Shown piece after piece: positions 14,882 through 29,686 of a stretch of 64,000 nucleotides of DNA; the stretch's first letter is position 1; each line of letters starts with the position of its first letter. The notes beneath the pieces were generated by a model. That model was not told the DNA's origin and ran no database searches. It saw only the letters and a program-made list of their open reading frames with translations. Source of the stretch: the human T2T-CHM13v2.0 reference genome, Homo sapiens. Position numbers and translations under genes: made by a program. The stretch is taken from NCBI RefSeq assembly GCF_009914755.1, contig NC_060928.1; one strand, 5' to 3'.

Positions 14882-15434
14882 CTTGGGGTATATCTAAACT
14901 AAGGACTCTATTTTTATTTTTCTTACCATTTTTGATTTGAAGTCTTAGTTTGTGAACTGTTCTTCAGTATGCACAGTAAATTCCTACAGTTTTCAAATTT
15001 GATCTGATTTTGTTTTTGTCAATGCCAGTTTGTTACCAGTGGTGATCTCTGGAGACAAGATTTTGAGATTCAACTCTTTTCTGCATTTAATTTTTTAAAC
15101 TTATGCATTCAAGATTTTTATTATGTAATTAAAATATCTACTTCGTAAACACTATGGTGGCAGCTCATTTGCTGAGAACTCATCAGCTGAGAACCTGTTG
15201 ACTCAGTTGAGGAAGCCTTCCTCTGGTACATCATGTTGCTGTTCTTTTATTATAAAACTATATATATATATGTGAATTTAGCCCTAGAGAAAATGTGAAA
15301 TAAACTGGTTGAAACAAACTGGGTTTATTTTGCATTTTTAATATCTACTTTGTAAGGTTGATTAAATGTCTCACAACTATGTCTTTTTCAGCTACAAAGA
15401 ATTTTTCTCATTTGGCTTTCTTTTACATAAATAG

Positions 15435-15532
15435 GTTTTACAGAAGGCGACACATGTTGTTCAGAGTGAAGTGGACAAATATGTAGATGATATTATGAAG
15501 GAAAAGAATATTAACCCTGAGAAGGATGCCAG
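15435..15532 (+). CDS. ELMOD2: ELMOD2 exon 4
   Basis: aaatag|; VLQKATHVVQSEVDKYVDDIMKEKNINPEKDA; |gtgtgc; 98 nt. Confidence 0.93.
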
Positions 15533-17113
15533 GTGTGCGTTTTTTACATTATTCTTTTTTATTATGCATTTATAGCCTGTGAGGTATCAATATCACACAC
15601 TGTTGTAACACTTTAGAGCTGAAGGGTTTGTGGAGATCATCTGATTCAGCGCTCTCACTTCACAAGAGGAGCAGTTGAGATCCAGAGAGGGCAGTGATAG
15701 AATCGGGACTAGAACCTGTATCTCTTGGTTTCCAGTCCAGTACTAATGCCAGTATATCATCTGCCTTCTTCAAGATGTCTTACCATGACTTTCCCAAGGT
15801 TAATAACTTTGGCTACTATGTCTTTTGAAATACAGTTCCTGTGTCCTCCTCTAGTAAGGTCCTACCAGGCTCCTCCATTCTGAGTTAGGTGCATTGCTGT
15901 GGCATCTCATAGTGCTATCATACCATTTAACCCATTGTACTATAGTCATTGATTAACTCTTGTCCTTCCCTCTGTAAATTCTAAGTTCCATAAGAAGAGG
16001 ACTTATCCCATTTCTGTGTTCCCAGCGCTGGTATGTTGACATAGTATTTCACACTTTTTCCTTCATTCAGCATTTTCTATGTGAATATAGAGGAAGGAAC
16101 AATTTATTTCAGCTGAGACGAGGAACGGTCTAGGAGGGAACTGAGGATAGTTCCACCCAAGAGGTGGTATTTACACTGGACCTTGATGAATGGGTAGGGG
16201 AACAGTGCCAACAAGGCACAGAGACATAGAAATATTAATACTTTTGTATCTGGAATGATAGGGAATTATTTGTAGCTGGATCATTGAATATGAGCAGAGT
16301 AGTGGCTGGAGAAATGAGTGAAATGCTAGATTGATACATTGCAGAGTCTTGTATGCCATACTGAAGGATGTAGATGTTGTCCTCTGGTTTTTAAGCAAAC
16401 AAGCTACATTTTTAGATATGTATTTTAGGAAGATGGAGAGTAGATTTGATAATGTGGGAGGCTGGCAGAAGGAATAAAGAATAGGAAATTTGAGTTATTC
16501 AGGTAAGAAATGACAAAGGCATAAATACAGTAGGAGAAAGAGTGCTATGAGGATTGCTTTGAAGGACATTTCAGAGATAGAAAGGTTTAGCGTATGGGGA
16601 TCTTTTGATACATTGTGATGGAGAGAGGCAGGTCAGAACTTGGAGTGTTGTAGCTTGGGGAACTAATGGGTAGCGATGTCATTAATAGATCTAGACACTA
16701 AAGAAAGAGCATGTTTCTTTAGGGAAGAGAAGCAGTTTTATTTAGAGCTGAGATAACCTGTTGTGGAGCTATTTGTTTTATATATACTCGGAAAATTAAG
16801 TCTACTGGTGATATCTGGCAATAAAGATTTAGGAATGTATAGGATTGCCCAGAGAAAACATGAAGAGAAAATCCTTCACAAATCCTTACAGTTGTGAAGT
16901 TTGCCATTCCTACCATGTCTTGCCCTCTTTCTAGGCCTTGTATCCTATATAGTACTTTACATAATGTTTTGTATTTAAGGTGGCCTTTGGTGGGTCTTAT
17001 ATTAAACTGAAAGCCAGGAAATGCTTTCTAAAGAGACATATGAACCACAAGCTATGAAAGACTTTATTGTGATAAGAGGGTATGCTTTTTAAAAATAATT
17101 TTATCATTTTTAG

Positions 17114-17243
17114 TTTTAAAATATGCATGAAGATGTGCTTACTGCAGATAACTGGTTATAAACAGCTGTATTTGGATGTAGAAAGTGTGAGGAAAAGGCC
17201 ATATGATTCTGATAACCTACAGCATGAAGAGCTACTCATGAAG
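17114..17243 (+). CDS. ELMOD2: ELMOD2 exon 5
   Basis: tttag|; (S)FKICMKMCLLQITGYKQLYLDVESVRKRPYDSDNLQHEELLMK; |gtaaat; 130 nt. Confidence 0.95.
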
Positions 17244-19043
17244 GTAAATTTCTGTTTTCTTTATGTGGAGTTGTTGAACGCTAGAAAAATAAATCAGGCT
17301 TCAGCTAAGTAAAGTCTGCAAATTCTAGAGGCTTATATGGCTAGGCTTATATGGTTTCTTTGCCCTTAGAGAATTTTATTATGCTGGATTTCACTGATAT
17401 GGAAAGATTTTTAGTTAGGTATTTTTATCATTTTCTGATAAGCATTATTATAAATATATAATGAATATATATTTATATGAATAAATATATTCAAATAAAT
17501 TTTATTTTAATGTTTTTATTTCTGAAATAAAAACCTATAGAGATCTTTTCAACCAAAAAGTATATGTCTACAAGTTTCAGATTTTTCTCCTACTTTTTAT
17601 ACAAATTGCTCATATAAGTTAAGCATTTTTTCAGCTACTTACAAGTTGAAAACATGTGTGTCCCTTTTCAGATTATTTTGTCCAATCTTTTGGGACTTAT
17701 GGAATGTTAATTGCCAAGCAATGCCACAAAAGATTTAAACTTTAAGAAAGTAAAAATTATTTACTTAGAATTTTCCTTTTTCTTATTTCTAAAGTATAAA
17801 TGCATAAAGCCAATGAGGTGCCAAAATTAAAGAGTAATAGACCTAGAGTAAGCTTTACAGATCATCTAGACTAGTCCCTTTGTTTGAGGGATGAAGACTC
17901 TAAGGACTAGGGAGATGAAGCAATTTGCTTTAGTACTAGAATGGTAGGGCCTGGAACAGAGCTGAATCTCCTGCCCATCCTCTACACCTATTCCAATTTT
18001 ATTTTAAAATCGTTAAAGAAAATAGCGCATTGCAGTTGGAATTAGGAGTTCTTTATAACAAAAAGTACTGTGGAAACAACATTGATACTATCTAAATAAC
18101 ACTAAGCGATACAAGTTTAAAAACAATAAAGGCTTTTTTTTCATTAAAAGTGTATTTTGTTAAATGAGGATGATACAAATATGTATCTCAAAGGGTTATT
18201 GTATGGAGGAGTTTTTATATTTAAAGTGTTTAAAATAGTACCTGGCACTTACTGAGGATTAACTGCTATTTCTGTCCCCATTGTCATCATTTTTCCCTTC
18301 ATGTTAGGCCCTTGCTACACGATACCTTTCCTTTTGAGGGAAAAAAGTACAAGTCCTAGCCCTCTAGTCCAGGGAATTTTACCTTGGTGCTTCATGGTGA
18401 AATTCAGTTCTACACTACACATACTCAGCAGTCTTACTGGGTGAAGAGCTATGTAATCTGTCTTGCTTTAAGTGTAGTCCAAGGACCACCTTTACTAGCG
18501 TTAAATAGCATTTACTATGTACACTCCAAAGTTCCACCTTAGACTTAGAAAATTAGAATTTCCAGGAATGGAACCCAGAAATTCAATATTCATGCATATT
18601 AAATTTTTAATACTAGTGGTTCTACACTGTGGCTCTCACCACATCACTGAGGCCTTATCATTGGCATAATCAAACTCCTTGCAGAATTCATGGAGAGAGG
18701 CTAATGTAAGCAAGTCACAGGTGTTGATAATAAAAGTAGTGACCAGGTAAACCTAATGTAATGATTGGATTTAGCTTCAGAGCCAGTCTTGACCCTGTTT
18801 TAAAGCAAGGTCACTTCACATTTTATTTTAGGTAACAGAATACTCCTTTCATTAGGGGTCCTTATTCAACAGTGCTTTAAATGGTAATGAAATGGGAAAA
18901 AAATGAAAGTATTTCTGTTTTGCAAATTTTCGCAAACCTTCTTTAGTCAACTTCCGTAAGTTTCTTTCATTTGATGGCTTGTGGTATTGAATTTAAACAA
19001 TAAATTTTCTTTATTTTGCATTGAGTAGTTTATTGGTATGTAA

Positions 19044-19346
<303 letters not shown>

Positions 19347-19869
19347 TTGATAGTTTTTCTTAAATCCTCATCATTAAAGATATTTATTTAAAACCAAATC
19401 ATATTTTTTTAAACTGAAAATTTGTAAAACAAGTTGGAATGCTATCAGTATCATTTCTTCATGCTCTTCTGTCTTATACCTATTTTCATTCTGATTAGGG
19501 ACTATTAACCCACCATTATAATAGAGCCTATTTAACTATACAGTATCTGAAGCAAGGGCTAAGTTCCTAAAATACTGTGTTTTTCTCAAGCAGTTTACCA
19601 GTTCTGGGCATATCTGTATTAATTAGTAAATAAAGACATCTCATTGTTTAATATTTTTCTGTATTATTTGTTATCTTTTCAAAATCTGTTCTTTATACCA
19701 GTCTTTTTAATGGGAATAAATGTGCTGCGTGTTTTAGGATAATTGAAAAATGTTCTAAAGTCTTTGCTTAACCTATGGTTTTTCTACAAAAGTTATTTGA
19801 TAGCATTAAATTACTAGTTACAAGCTATGAGAAAGAAAATGTCTTAATAATGGAAATATATTTGTACAG

Positions 19870-20003
19870 CTTTGGAATCTTCTAATGCCCACGAAGAAGT
19901 TAAACGCTAGAATCTCCAAGCAGTGGGCTGAAATTGGTTTTCAGGGTGATGATCCCAAGACAGACTTCAGAGGCATGGGCATACTTGGGTTAATCAATCT
20001 TGT
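19870..20003 (+). CDS. ELMOD2: ELMOD2 exon 6 (ELMO domain GAP motif)
   Basis: tacag|; LWNLLMPTKKLNARISKQWAEIGFQGDDPKTDFRGMGILGLINL containing the WxxxGFQxxxPxTDFRGxG motif; |gtaagt; 134 nt. Confidence 0.97.
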
Positions 20004-20173
20004 GTAAGTGAAAGTAAACTTTCTTTTCTTCCCTAAATGAAATTACATTTAATCTCTGATCTAGTTACTTCTAATAAGAAGTGATCTAGTTGATTCATAC
20101 TATCTCTGAATTTTAATAACTGCAGTGCTGGAAGTATTTGCTAATGTGTTGGCAACAATATGAAGATATTGGA

Positions 20174-20461
<288 letters not shown>

Positions 20462-22274
20462 GACATTGGTGGAAATATAATTGTGTATGTGATTTCTTTA
20501 CTTACCAATGCTTTCCTCTCCTTTTTCTTTCTGATTTCCATTCTGATACCTCTTAAAGAATTATGTATGCTCCTACTGCCTTTATTCACTTGCTTTTTCT
20601 CTCTCGGCTCTCTGATTCTATTTTGGCAAATATAACCAGATAAGGTGATAATAAAGTCTCTTTATATATGTTCTTCACCACCTGTGACAACTTACCTACC
20701 TGCATTCCTGACTTGGTATAGACTACCGTATGAACTTTCTCTCCTTTATCTTCTTTAATACTTACGATTAGCTACATGTATCGAAATCCCCAAATATGTA
20801 AGTGAAGTCACAATTGATAGACAAAACTATTCTAGAAGATAGCCTGGAAGATTAATTTCCTCCTATAAGGATATGCAAATGTACAAATTGTAGTGTTTGG
20901 GTCTGTCCATGAAATTGTGATTTATAGACTATAAAATGTCTAGAATGGGAAGGCTAGACTATTAAAGTTTGGATAATTCTTACTGTGAAAAAATCCTGAT
21001 ATTGGCTAAATTAGGTTAATATTGATGGTTTTTTTAATTGTTTACAGATGTTTATTTTTCACCATTTGATACTGTTAAGATTGAGGTTAACTAAATTCAG
21101 GAAGGAAATTAAAAGTTGTTCTATATTACAGATTGAATATTTTAAGAGTAGTTTGACTATTAAAATGCAATGCTGAATTATTACAAAAATGAAATATAAA
21201 TAGTCAACTGAGGGCATTTTAGAGTCAATCTAGGGATAAAGTAGAAAAATTAGAGACTTAGGAAAGCATTGCATTAAGCAAGACTTTTAAAACTATTTTG
21301 GTGTTTACAGATCCCTTAGGGAATCTGATGAAAGCTTTGTATACTCTCTCCCCGGGAAATATATATATAGAAAAAGTCCATAATGTAAGATGGTTCCTGG
21401 ATTCCCCTTCATTCATAAATTATCATTAATTCATGGACATCTAAGTTAACAGCCCCTGGTGTAATGGGTTGAAAATTAGAGCCAGTGAAGAAATAAGGAA
21501 GTGTATATTAATACTCTCTAGAAGAATAAAGAGGGAAGAGTTAATTAGAAATTTCTATGCTTTATGAAAATGTCAATGATTTTGTCCTCTAAAATGTAAA
21601 TAAACCATGGACATTTATTTTTTATTTTTATCCTCACGTGAGCATCTAGTTGTGTGTGTGTCTATCATTTTGAGGTGATCCTAAGGTTAAATAGATTTGG
21701 TGTAGGCCAAAAGGATGTATGTGCCTACAAATAGATAGTTTCATATACATCTCTCTTATACTGCTAATACTTCTGTTTTATAGCTAGTATTTTAGTTATA
21801 TGATTGATGAAGGAGGTTTCTCATTGCAAAAAGATTGTTGACTCCCTTCTGATTGCACTGAAAATGGCACTAAACAACACAGACTTAAATTGTAGTAGAA
21901 GGAATGAACCTAAGTGTAAGGAAGAGTGTCCTAACAGGTACATATTGACTCTTTCATAGAAATAGAACCAGCAAAGAAACAAAAAGAACTTTGGTTGTTT
22001 TTTTTTTTTAAGGTAGTCTCTTTTTATATTATCTATTTATTAAAATACTTTACAGTCTTGTCAATGACCTATATTCTGTACTACATAGGCCTGATAGCTT
22101 GGGAAATTTTGATTCAGAAGCATTTGTGAATCACTGAAGTGATTTGAGACAGATATCAGGATACTCATGGCAATACTAGGACTATGATTTTGACAGTAGC
22201 TTTTTAAATTGGTTCTGGATATCTTACATTTGAATGGCGTACATTTGTTTGATTATTTTTCTTAAACTTTTTAG

Positions 22275-22343
22275 GTATTTCAGTGAAAATTACACTAGTG
22301 AAGCTCATCAGATTCTTTCCCGTTCAAATCATCCAAAATTAGG
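22275..22343 (+). CDS. ELMOD2: ELMOD2 exon 7
   Basis: tttag|; (V)YFSENYTSEAHQILSRSNHPKL; |gtaagc; 69 nt. Confidence 0.94.
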
Positions 22344-23153
22344 GTAAGCTGGGTATATTAAAGAAGCCGTAATCTCTTGCATTTATAATGATTAGATGAT
22401 TTAATGAATTTGAAGGTATATCAAGGTATTTCTTAAAATAAAGTATTTTAATAAGAACTTTTTAAAGGATATTACATGATACATTATTTTTAAGGAAAAA
22501 TGTGATTGTAAACCAATTTTGTATGTATTTCAGTATATTTTTATCACAAGATATAGTTTATCTATACAATGGAGATAAGGGCCCTTATAAAATGCTTTTG
22601 AGAAATAGATTTGAAGATAGGAAGAGGAAATAGTTTGGAAAAGTAATAGGAAAATGGGAAATAGCTTTGAAAATTGTAAAGTGAAATTCAAACTGAGGTG
22701 GTTTTATTAGCTTTACCGTTATTTTTAAAAATATTCTGATGGTATCTAATCTTTGAAAAAGCATAGTAACAATGTTAGATCATAAAAATAAGTACCCTGA
22801 TAATGGAGAAGAAAATATCAGATTATCCAGATTATCCAGTGTATTTTAGAAATCAATGAGATTTGGTGTCTATAGTCCCCCTGACCCCTTTTTTATTTAA
22901 GAATTTTAGTTTTAGATATCATGTGAACAGAGCTTTATTTTTATTTCTTAGATTATATCCAGAAAAATATACAGGCTTTAAAAAGCAAAAATGTTAAATT
23001 CTTTCTAGTATATTTTTCTTACCATGTAGAGATTATCATAAAATCAATACTGTGTTAAACCTGAAGTCACTTTCTACTAATTCCTAACATAATTTTAATT
23101 TATTTTATGAGTTATTTGGCTAGCTGGTATAACTGGTAATGTTTCTGACATAG

Positions 23154-23287
23154 GTATTCTTATGCAATAGTTGGAATCAATCTTACAGAGATGGCTTATA
23201 GCTTACTGAAGAGTGAAGCTTTGAAGTTTCATCTCTATAACCTTGTTCCTGGTATACCAACAATGGAACACTTTCATCAGTTTTACT
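23154..23287 (+). CDS. ELMOD2: ELMOD2 exon 8
   Basis: catag|; (G)YSYAIVGINLTEMAYSLLKSEALKFHLYNLVPGIPTMEHFHQFY; |gtgagt; 134 nt. Confidence 0.95.
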
Positions 23288-25480
23288 GTGAGTATTAAAA
23301 TGAGTTAAAACTAGATCTTTCTAAGATAATTCTTAAACCACTAGGAATGTATAATATATATTTTAATCTGTTGTCTCTGTGAAGTATATAACTTATGTTT
23401 ATCATTTTATTACTTAGGGTCTTTGAAAAACAAGAAAACAGTGGAAGATGGGTCCCCAAGAGTATTCCATACTTCAGTTTTTATATTTGCTGATTATAAA
23501 AGGCAATATTTCACATGTAGACACATCTAAGATTCATGTAATTTTTCTCTAGGCATTCATTTTCCAGCTAACTACAAAATGTATTTTCCCTCTTGGATGC
23601 TGGTTAATGAATGCTGTTAAGGACAGACCATTTGCAGATTATTTTTTTACTTTTGGAAGGAAATTTAATTTAGAGGAACTTTTCGCCTCCCCCTGCCTTG
23701 AATTTCAAGGCCAAATTTTCTTGTGGTAGGTTAGAGGTACTGAGTAACTGTTCCTAAAGCTGTCTTTACTTTCTCTGTTCCATTCACTTTCAGTGATAAT
23801 ATTTGAATACTGAAGGTTTAATTGAATGAGTCCATCTTCTGAAGCTATTGTTCAGAAGCAAAGAACTCAAATCTAGTTTTTCTTCACACAGTACTTTTCT
23901 TGATCTTTTTATGTCTTTAGAATGTCATTTGAATGTTGGTAGCATATAAGAAACTACTTAGATAATAGGTGGCCAAATCATAATTTCTTCATCTCCATTG
24001 TTGAAAATATCCATGTCTCCTTTTCGCAGAAACTTTCCTGCCTTTTCTTACACCCTAATTCCAGTTTTGTCTGCATCTTAACTTTCTCTTGCATGTGTCT
24101 CTTTCTTTCTATACCCATTGTAACTGTACAATATCAGGCCTTTGTTACTAGGTTACTATAATGGCCTTTAGCAGTTTTTTTGTGGTAACACTCTTCTATT
24201 TCTTCTCCACATTGAAAGTATAGTTATTTAAAATGAAAATCTGATCGTTTTACTCCACTCCCAAAAATTATTCAAAGGATTCCCATTATAAGGCCCTGCA
24301 TAATCTGAACCTTGGTAACCTCTCCAGGCTCATCTTTTGCCATATACCAGCCCCCCTCTCACCCCCACAGACTCTATAGTGGAGGCATCCCAGTCTTCTT
24401 TTTAGTTGCTCAAATATATTATGCTCTCTCTTGACTCTGTGCCTTTGCAAGTGACATTCACTTGGCCTGAACACTGTTCCAGCTCCCTCTGTTCTTTCCA
24501 GGTGATGCCTTCTCGCCTTCCAAATCTCAGTTTAGACGTGCTCTTCTCTGGGAAGTTTATTCATTTACTGTGTGTTAGATGTTGTTCTAGGCCCTGGGGA
24601 TGTAGCAGAGAAGAAGACAAAGTCACTGCATTTGGTGAGGAGCTGTCATCTTCAGAATCAAAACTTCCCCCTAGTGCAGTGTCCACCTCCAGATACTGCT
24701 TCATTTCTCTGCTCTCTTTGTTCATGAAACTTTTTCAATAATTGCTTTTTCATTTCTTCATCTCCAGTTTTTATCTAATTCCAATTTAGTTTCTCTCTCC
24801 ATGACTCTGCTCACACTGATTTTTCTCAGACACCAACTTTTTTTTGCCGCCTAATACAATCGCCATGTTTTTTCTTCATGTTATTTGATCCTTTTAGTGG
24901 CACTGGGCATAAATGACCACACGTTTCTTTTCGAAACATTATCATGACTTTTCTGATGCCACATTCTCCTGGCTTTTCTTTTGCCCCACAGGAATTCCTG
25001 TAGACATCCACTGCCTTACTAGATGTAGGGAGCACCTCAGGGCCCAGCCCTGTGCCCACTCCTCTCTTTAGCCCTCATACTTTTCCTAAGTGGTACCATC
25101 TGGTCCCTTGCTTGAAATGCCAAATGTGCATTAAATGCCAAAATGTATATCTTCAGCCCAACCTCTGCTTTAACCCCAGCAACTGTATGTCCAGATCCTT
25201 TTTCTCCCTTAATGGATAAGGATAAAGAATCATATGAGGATGCTTAAACAAAGTAGGAGCCAATGCAACATGTCTTTAAATGGAGGGAACAGATTTCAGG
25301 TTCCTAAGGACAGCATTGATGATTCTACCCAAGTGTACTGAAGATTTCTAGCAGGCGTGAGATGCTTTCCTTTACCATTCCAAAGTGTTGTTGCTGGGAC
25401 TTTGCTAACTTGCCTCTAATTTTTTTTTTAAATGAATATATCCCTTGTTCATTAGCTACCTATTGAACATAAATAACATA

Positions 25481-26200
25481 AATGAGATATCATGTCACAC
25501 CAGTTAGAATGGCGATCATTAAAAAGTCAGGAAACAACAAGTGCTGGAGAGGATGTGGAGAAATAGGAACACTTTTACACTGTTGATGGGACTGTAAACT
25601 AGTTCAACCATTGTGGAAGACAGTGTGGTGATTCCTCAGGGATCTATAACTAGAAATACCACTTGACCCAGCCATCCCATTACTGGGTATATACCCAAAG
25701 GAATATAAATCATGCTTCTATAAAGACACATGCACACATATGTTTATTGCGGCACTACTCACAATAGCAAAGACTTGGAACCAACCCAAATGTCCAACAA
25801 TGATAGACTGGATTAAGAAAATGTGGCACATATACACCATGGAATACTATGCAGCCATAAAAAATGATGAGTTCATGTCCTTTGTAGGGACATGGATGAA
25901 GCTGGAAACCATCATTCTCAGCAAACTATCGCAAGGACAGAAAACCAAACATTGCATGTTATCACTCATAGGTGGGACTTGAACAATGAGAACACTTGGA
26001 CACAGAAGGGGGAATATCACACACCGGGGCCTGTTGTGGGGTTGGGGGAGTGGGGAGGGTTAGCATTAGGAGATATACCTAATGTAAATGACGAGTTAAT
26101 GGGTGCAGCACACCAACATGGCACATGTATACATATATAACAAACCTACACGTTGTGCACATGTACCCTAGAACTTAAAGTATAATAAAAATATATATAA
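25481..26200 (+). mobile_element. 5'-truncated L1PA 3' end in ELMOD2 intron 8 (sense to the gene)
   Basis: Near-identical to 1027-1730; ORF MFIAALLTIAKTWNQPKCP; ends 'ccctagaacttaaagtataataaaa'. Confidence 0.95.
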
Positions 26201-28544
26201 ATAAATGTAAAGAGACTAATGTAAAAAATAAATAAATTTTAAGAAGAGAATTAGCTACAAATAAGAAAACTAAAGTTCCTTAGAACTTAAAAAATAAATC
26301 TTCATAAAATAAAAAAAAAAAAAAGAATTTGAAAACTCCCCAAACAATTAAGCAGTTTCCCATATCTCAATATATACAGGAGGGTGGTAGGTTAGAAAGC
26401 AGTGCAGAATGACCTTTGTGCAGTATTTTTCCCCTAAAGACCAGGGAACTTGAGGATCTGTGGGAACTGTTGCTCTCCAGCACCCTGACACCATCTCGGC
26501 TGGCTCCTCTATAGGAAGGACATTAAAGTGTAATATCTGAGGTAGAAAAGTCATTGTAGAACCCTTTCAGTTGCCTCCTGTCAGCTCAATCTATAAGAGC
26601 TGTAGATCATCCTGGAAACAGTGAAGCTTATGATTTTCAATTATTTTGAGACATTAAAATGCACATATGCATATACCTATGTACCTTTTAAGCAGAAGTT
26701 TCCCAAAAACTTCATTCTTATACCCATTACCATTGGAAGTTTCACATCTTAAATAAGGTTCTGCTTTTCTTCTTAAGAGGAACCTGTTCTAACTAGAATA
26801 ATAACTTGAAACCTTGTCTTTGAATGTGCATACTTTTTTGGTAGAGGAGTAGGATAAATTAGTTTGCACAAATTAGTTCCAAGGTCATAGTTTCTCTCCA
26901 GAAGGAAGAACAGTTCAGAGATGAGTTTCCACATTTTTTGTTTCCCTATGATCTGCCTTCATCTCCCTCTTTTCCTTTGATCGCCTTTGTTTTAATGCGT
27001 CCTGTGTAGGAAGGGCTGGAAACGTTTGTAGTTTAGCTTTTTAGCTCCATTGTCATCTTGTACGTCCAAACTGTGAGCAGCTATCCGCCATGATTCTGGG
27101 AAGTTACCACTAGTCCAGCAGGAGGGCTCAGGATTTTGGGACCTCTGTCTTTTGTATATTCCGGTCTAGGATGTCTCCATTCTAGTTTTGTAGGGCCAAA
27201 ATTTTAGCTGGACTTCTGGTTTGGTGGTTCCAAAAAAAAATAGTAACACCTCAAGTTTGTATAATAAAGTTATGTCTCAATAACAACTTTATTGAGGTAT
27301 AATTTATATAACATAGAATTTACCCATCTTAAATATACACTTAAATGGATTTTAATGAGCTAAATTGGGTAGCCATCATCATAATCCACTTTTAGAACAT
27401 TTTCATCACCCCAGTGAGATACAGGTTTACAGTTAATCCCCCTTCCTATGATTTTCTAATCCTTAACCTCTGCAGTAAATTCATGCAGGGAATTTCAGGT
27501 TTAGACATTTCATATGGTAATTTCTACAGAGTCTTAAGTATTCCAAACATCTGGACTCAAAAGGACAAAATATGTGCATCATGGAAAACAGCTCTTTTCC
27601 ATCACTTTTTGCAAAACTTTGGGATTCTTATGCCAAGGATGGCCCTGCCAGTTTCCTAGAATTTCAGTATTTTTTCCTGTGGTTTCCTGATGTCACATTA
27701 AATCACTTTAGCTATTATAGTCTCCGTTCTTCAAGTTAGTCTTTCTCTGACACTGATTTATATTATAGATCAATAGCCTCACTCTGAAGCAAGAAGTTCC
27801 TAGTGCTTTAACTTGAGCAGTTTGTTCCAGGCCCATGTAGTCATTTGAATGGGCCACATTACTGACAGTAATGAAAAAGCAATTTAAAGGACATAAGAAT
27901 GGTAAATATCTAAAACATAATAACCAGATATACTGAAACAAATGGTATGGCCATAAAATTTGGATAGCTATCTGCCTTATCATACTAGGCAGAACATTAA
28001 TCTCTAAATGTATTAATTAGACATCCCTAACAGTGTATGGGGGATAGAGATAGCAGATGGTATTTCTCCAGAGGCTTCATTTCTTGATTTTACCCATATA
28101 TCATGGTTGACAAAAATCTGTTTTATCATATATTGAGAATAATCCAAAAATCTTTCTTAAACTGGCCTTCTTATGAAATGATATTTCAGTGTGGGAATAT
28201 GATGATTTTAACCATTAATGTTTGCTGTATGACCAATATTATTAAAATGGGATTTCCATTTTACATAGTAAGCAATCATGATAGTCTAGCCACCCTTTTG
28301 TGTAAAGTCATTGACTTTTGCAACAGAGACCACTTACAAACTGTGTGATTTGGGGCACATCATTTAACTTCTCTGCACCTCTCTTTCATCTTTGGTAGAG
28401 TGGGAATAACAACATAGTACTTGCATCCTAGGGCTGCTCTGACAGTATATGAGCATTTAGTGAGCACTGTAGAAATATTTTAAAAAATAATTCAATAAAT
28501 ACATTTGATTACATACAAAGTAGGACTGGGGTGGTTTTATTTTT

Positions 28545-29060
28545 TGCTTTACTTTTTAACAGCTTTGTTAAGGTATATGATAAACTGCACATATTATATG
28601 ACATATGATAAACTGCACATATTTAAATATGTATGATTTGATAAGTTTTAACATATGTATACACCTGTGAAACCATCTCCATGATCCAAATGGTGAATAT
28701 AGTCACCACCTCTGAAAGTTTTTATGTACTCCTTGGTAATCCATGCCTCTTGCTCCTCCCCCCACCATCCTAGGAACCACAATTTTTTTGTCACTATAGA
28801 TGAGTTTGCATTTATTTTCTAGAATTGTATTTAAGTGGAATCATGCAGTTTTTACTCATTTTGGTCTGGTTTCTTTCTGCATAATTTGTTGTGTGTATTA
28901 ATAGCTTTTTTATTTGTTATTTTTTAAAAATTGACATATTAGCTCATTTATTTTTATTGCTGAACAATATTCCATTATATGCTACACATTGTTTATGTAC
29001 TTGTTGATAGATATTTTGATGTTGGGTGGTTTTAAATTCACATTTAAGTTTACATATATA
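28545..29060 (-). mobile_element. Old L1 (L1M) 3'UTR fragment, followed by (TG)n at ~29061-29081
   Basis: 'tttaacagcttt...tttattgctgaacaatattccattata' antisense L1M 3' motifs. Confidence 0.65.
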
Positions 29061-29384
29061 TGTGTGTGTGTGTGTGTGTGTATAAACAAGTTCGGTTTCA
29101 TGAAATACATTTAACATTTTGGGGGTTAATTTGGCTACCATAATGAGGATATTGAAAGCCAAAAATATTAAGCCGATTTAGAGTGGATGTATTTTTTTAA
29201 AAAAGAGAAGATGCTGATAGTTCATTGAAAAAAAAGTAGAAATAACTCTTAGATTTAGAAATCGAGTAGGAAATAACTTTCCTACACTTTAACCTTATCC
29301 AACATTTTTTCGTTACTTGCATTTTTGTGCTTTGGAAGTTTCTCGGGAAACTTTTCTCAAGGTATCTTTTGAAAGTACTACATC

Positions 29385-29686
29385 TTTTTTTTTTTTTTTT
29401 TTTTTTTTTTTTGAGATAGGTTCTCAACCAAGCTGGAATGCAGTGGTACAATCACGGCTCACTGAAGCCCTGACCTCCTGGGCTCAAGTGATACCTTTAC
29501 CTCAGCCTCCCAAGTAGCTGGGACAATAGGCGCATGCCACCATGCCTGGCTAATTTTTGTATTTGTTGCAGAGATGGGGTTTCACCATGTTGCCCAGGCT
29601 GGTCTCTTAAGTCCTGGCCTCAAGCGATCTGCCCACCTAAGTCTCTGAAAGTGCTGAGAGTTCAGGTATGAGTCACTGCTCCCAGG
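29385..29686 (-). mobile_element. AluJ-type element
   Basis: Alu consensus; TSD tgaaagtacta[c/t]atcttt at 29370 and 29687. Confidence 0.93.
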
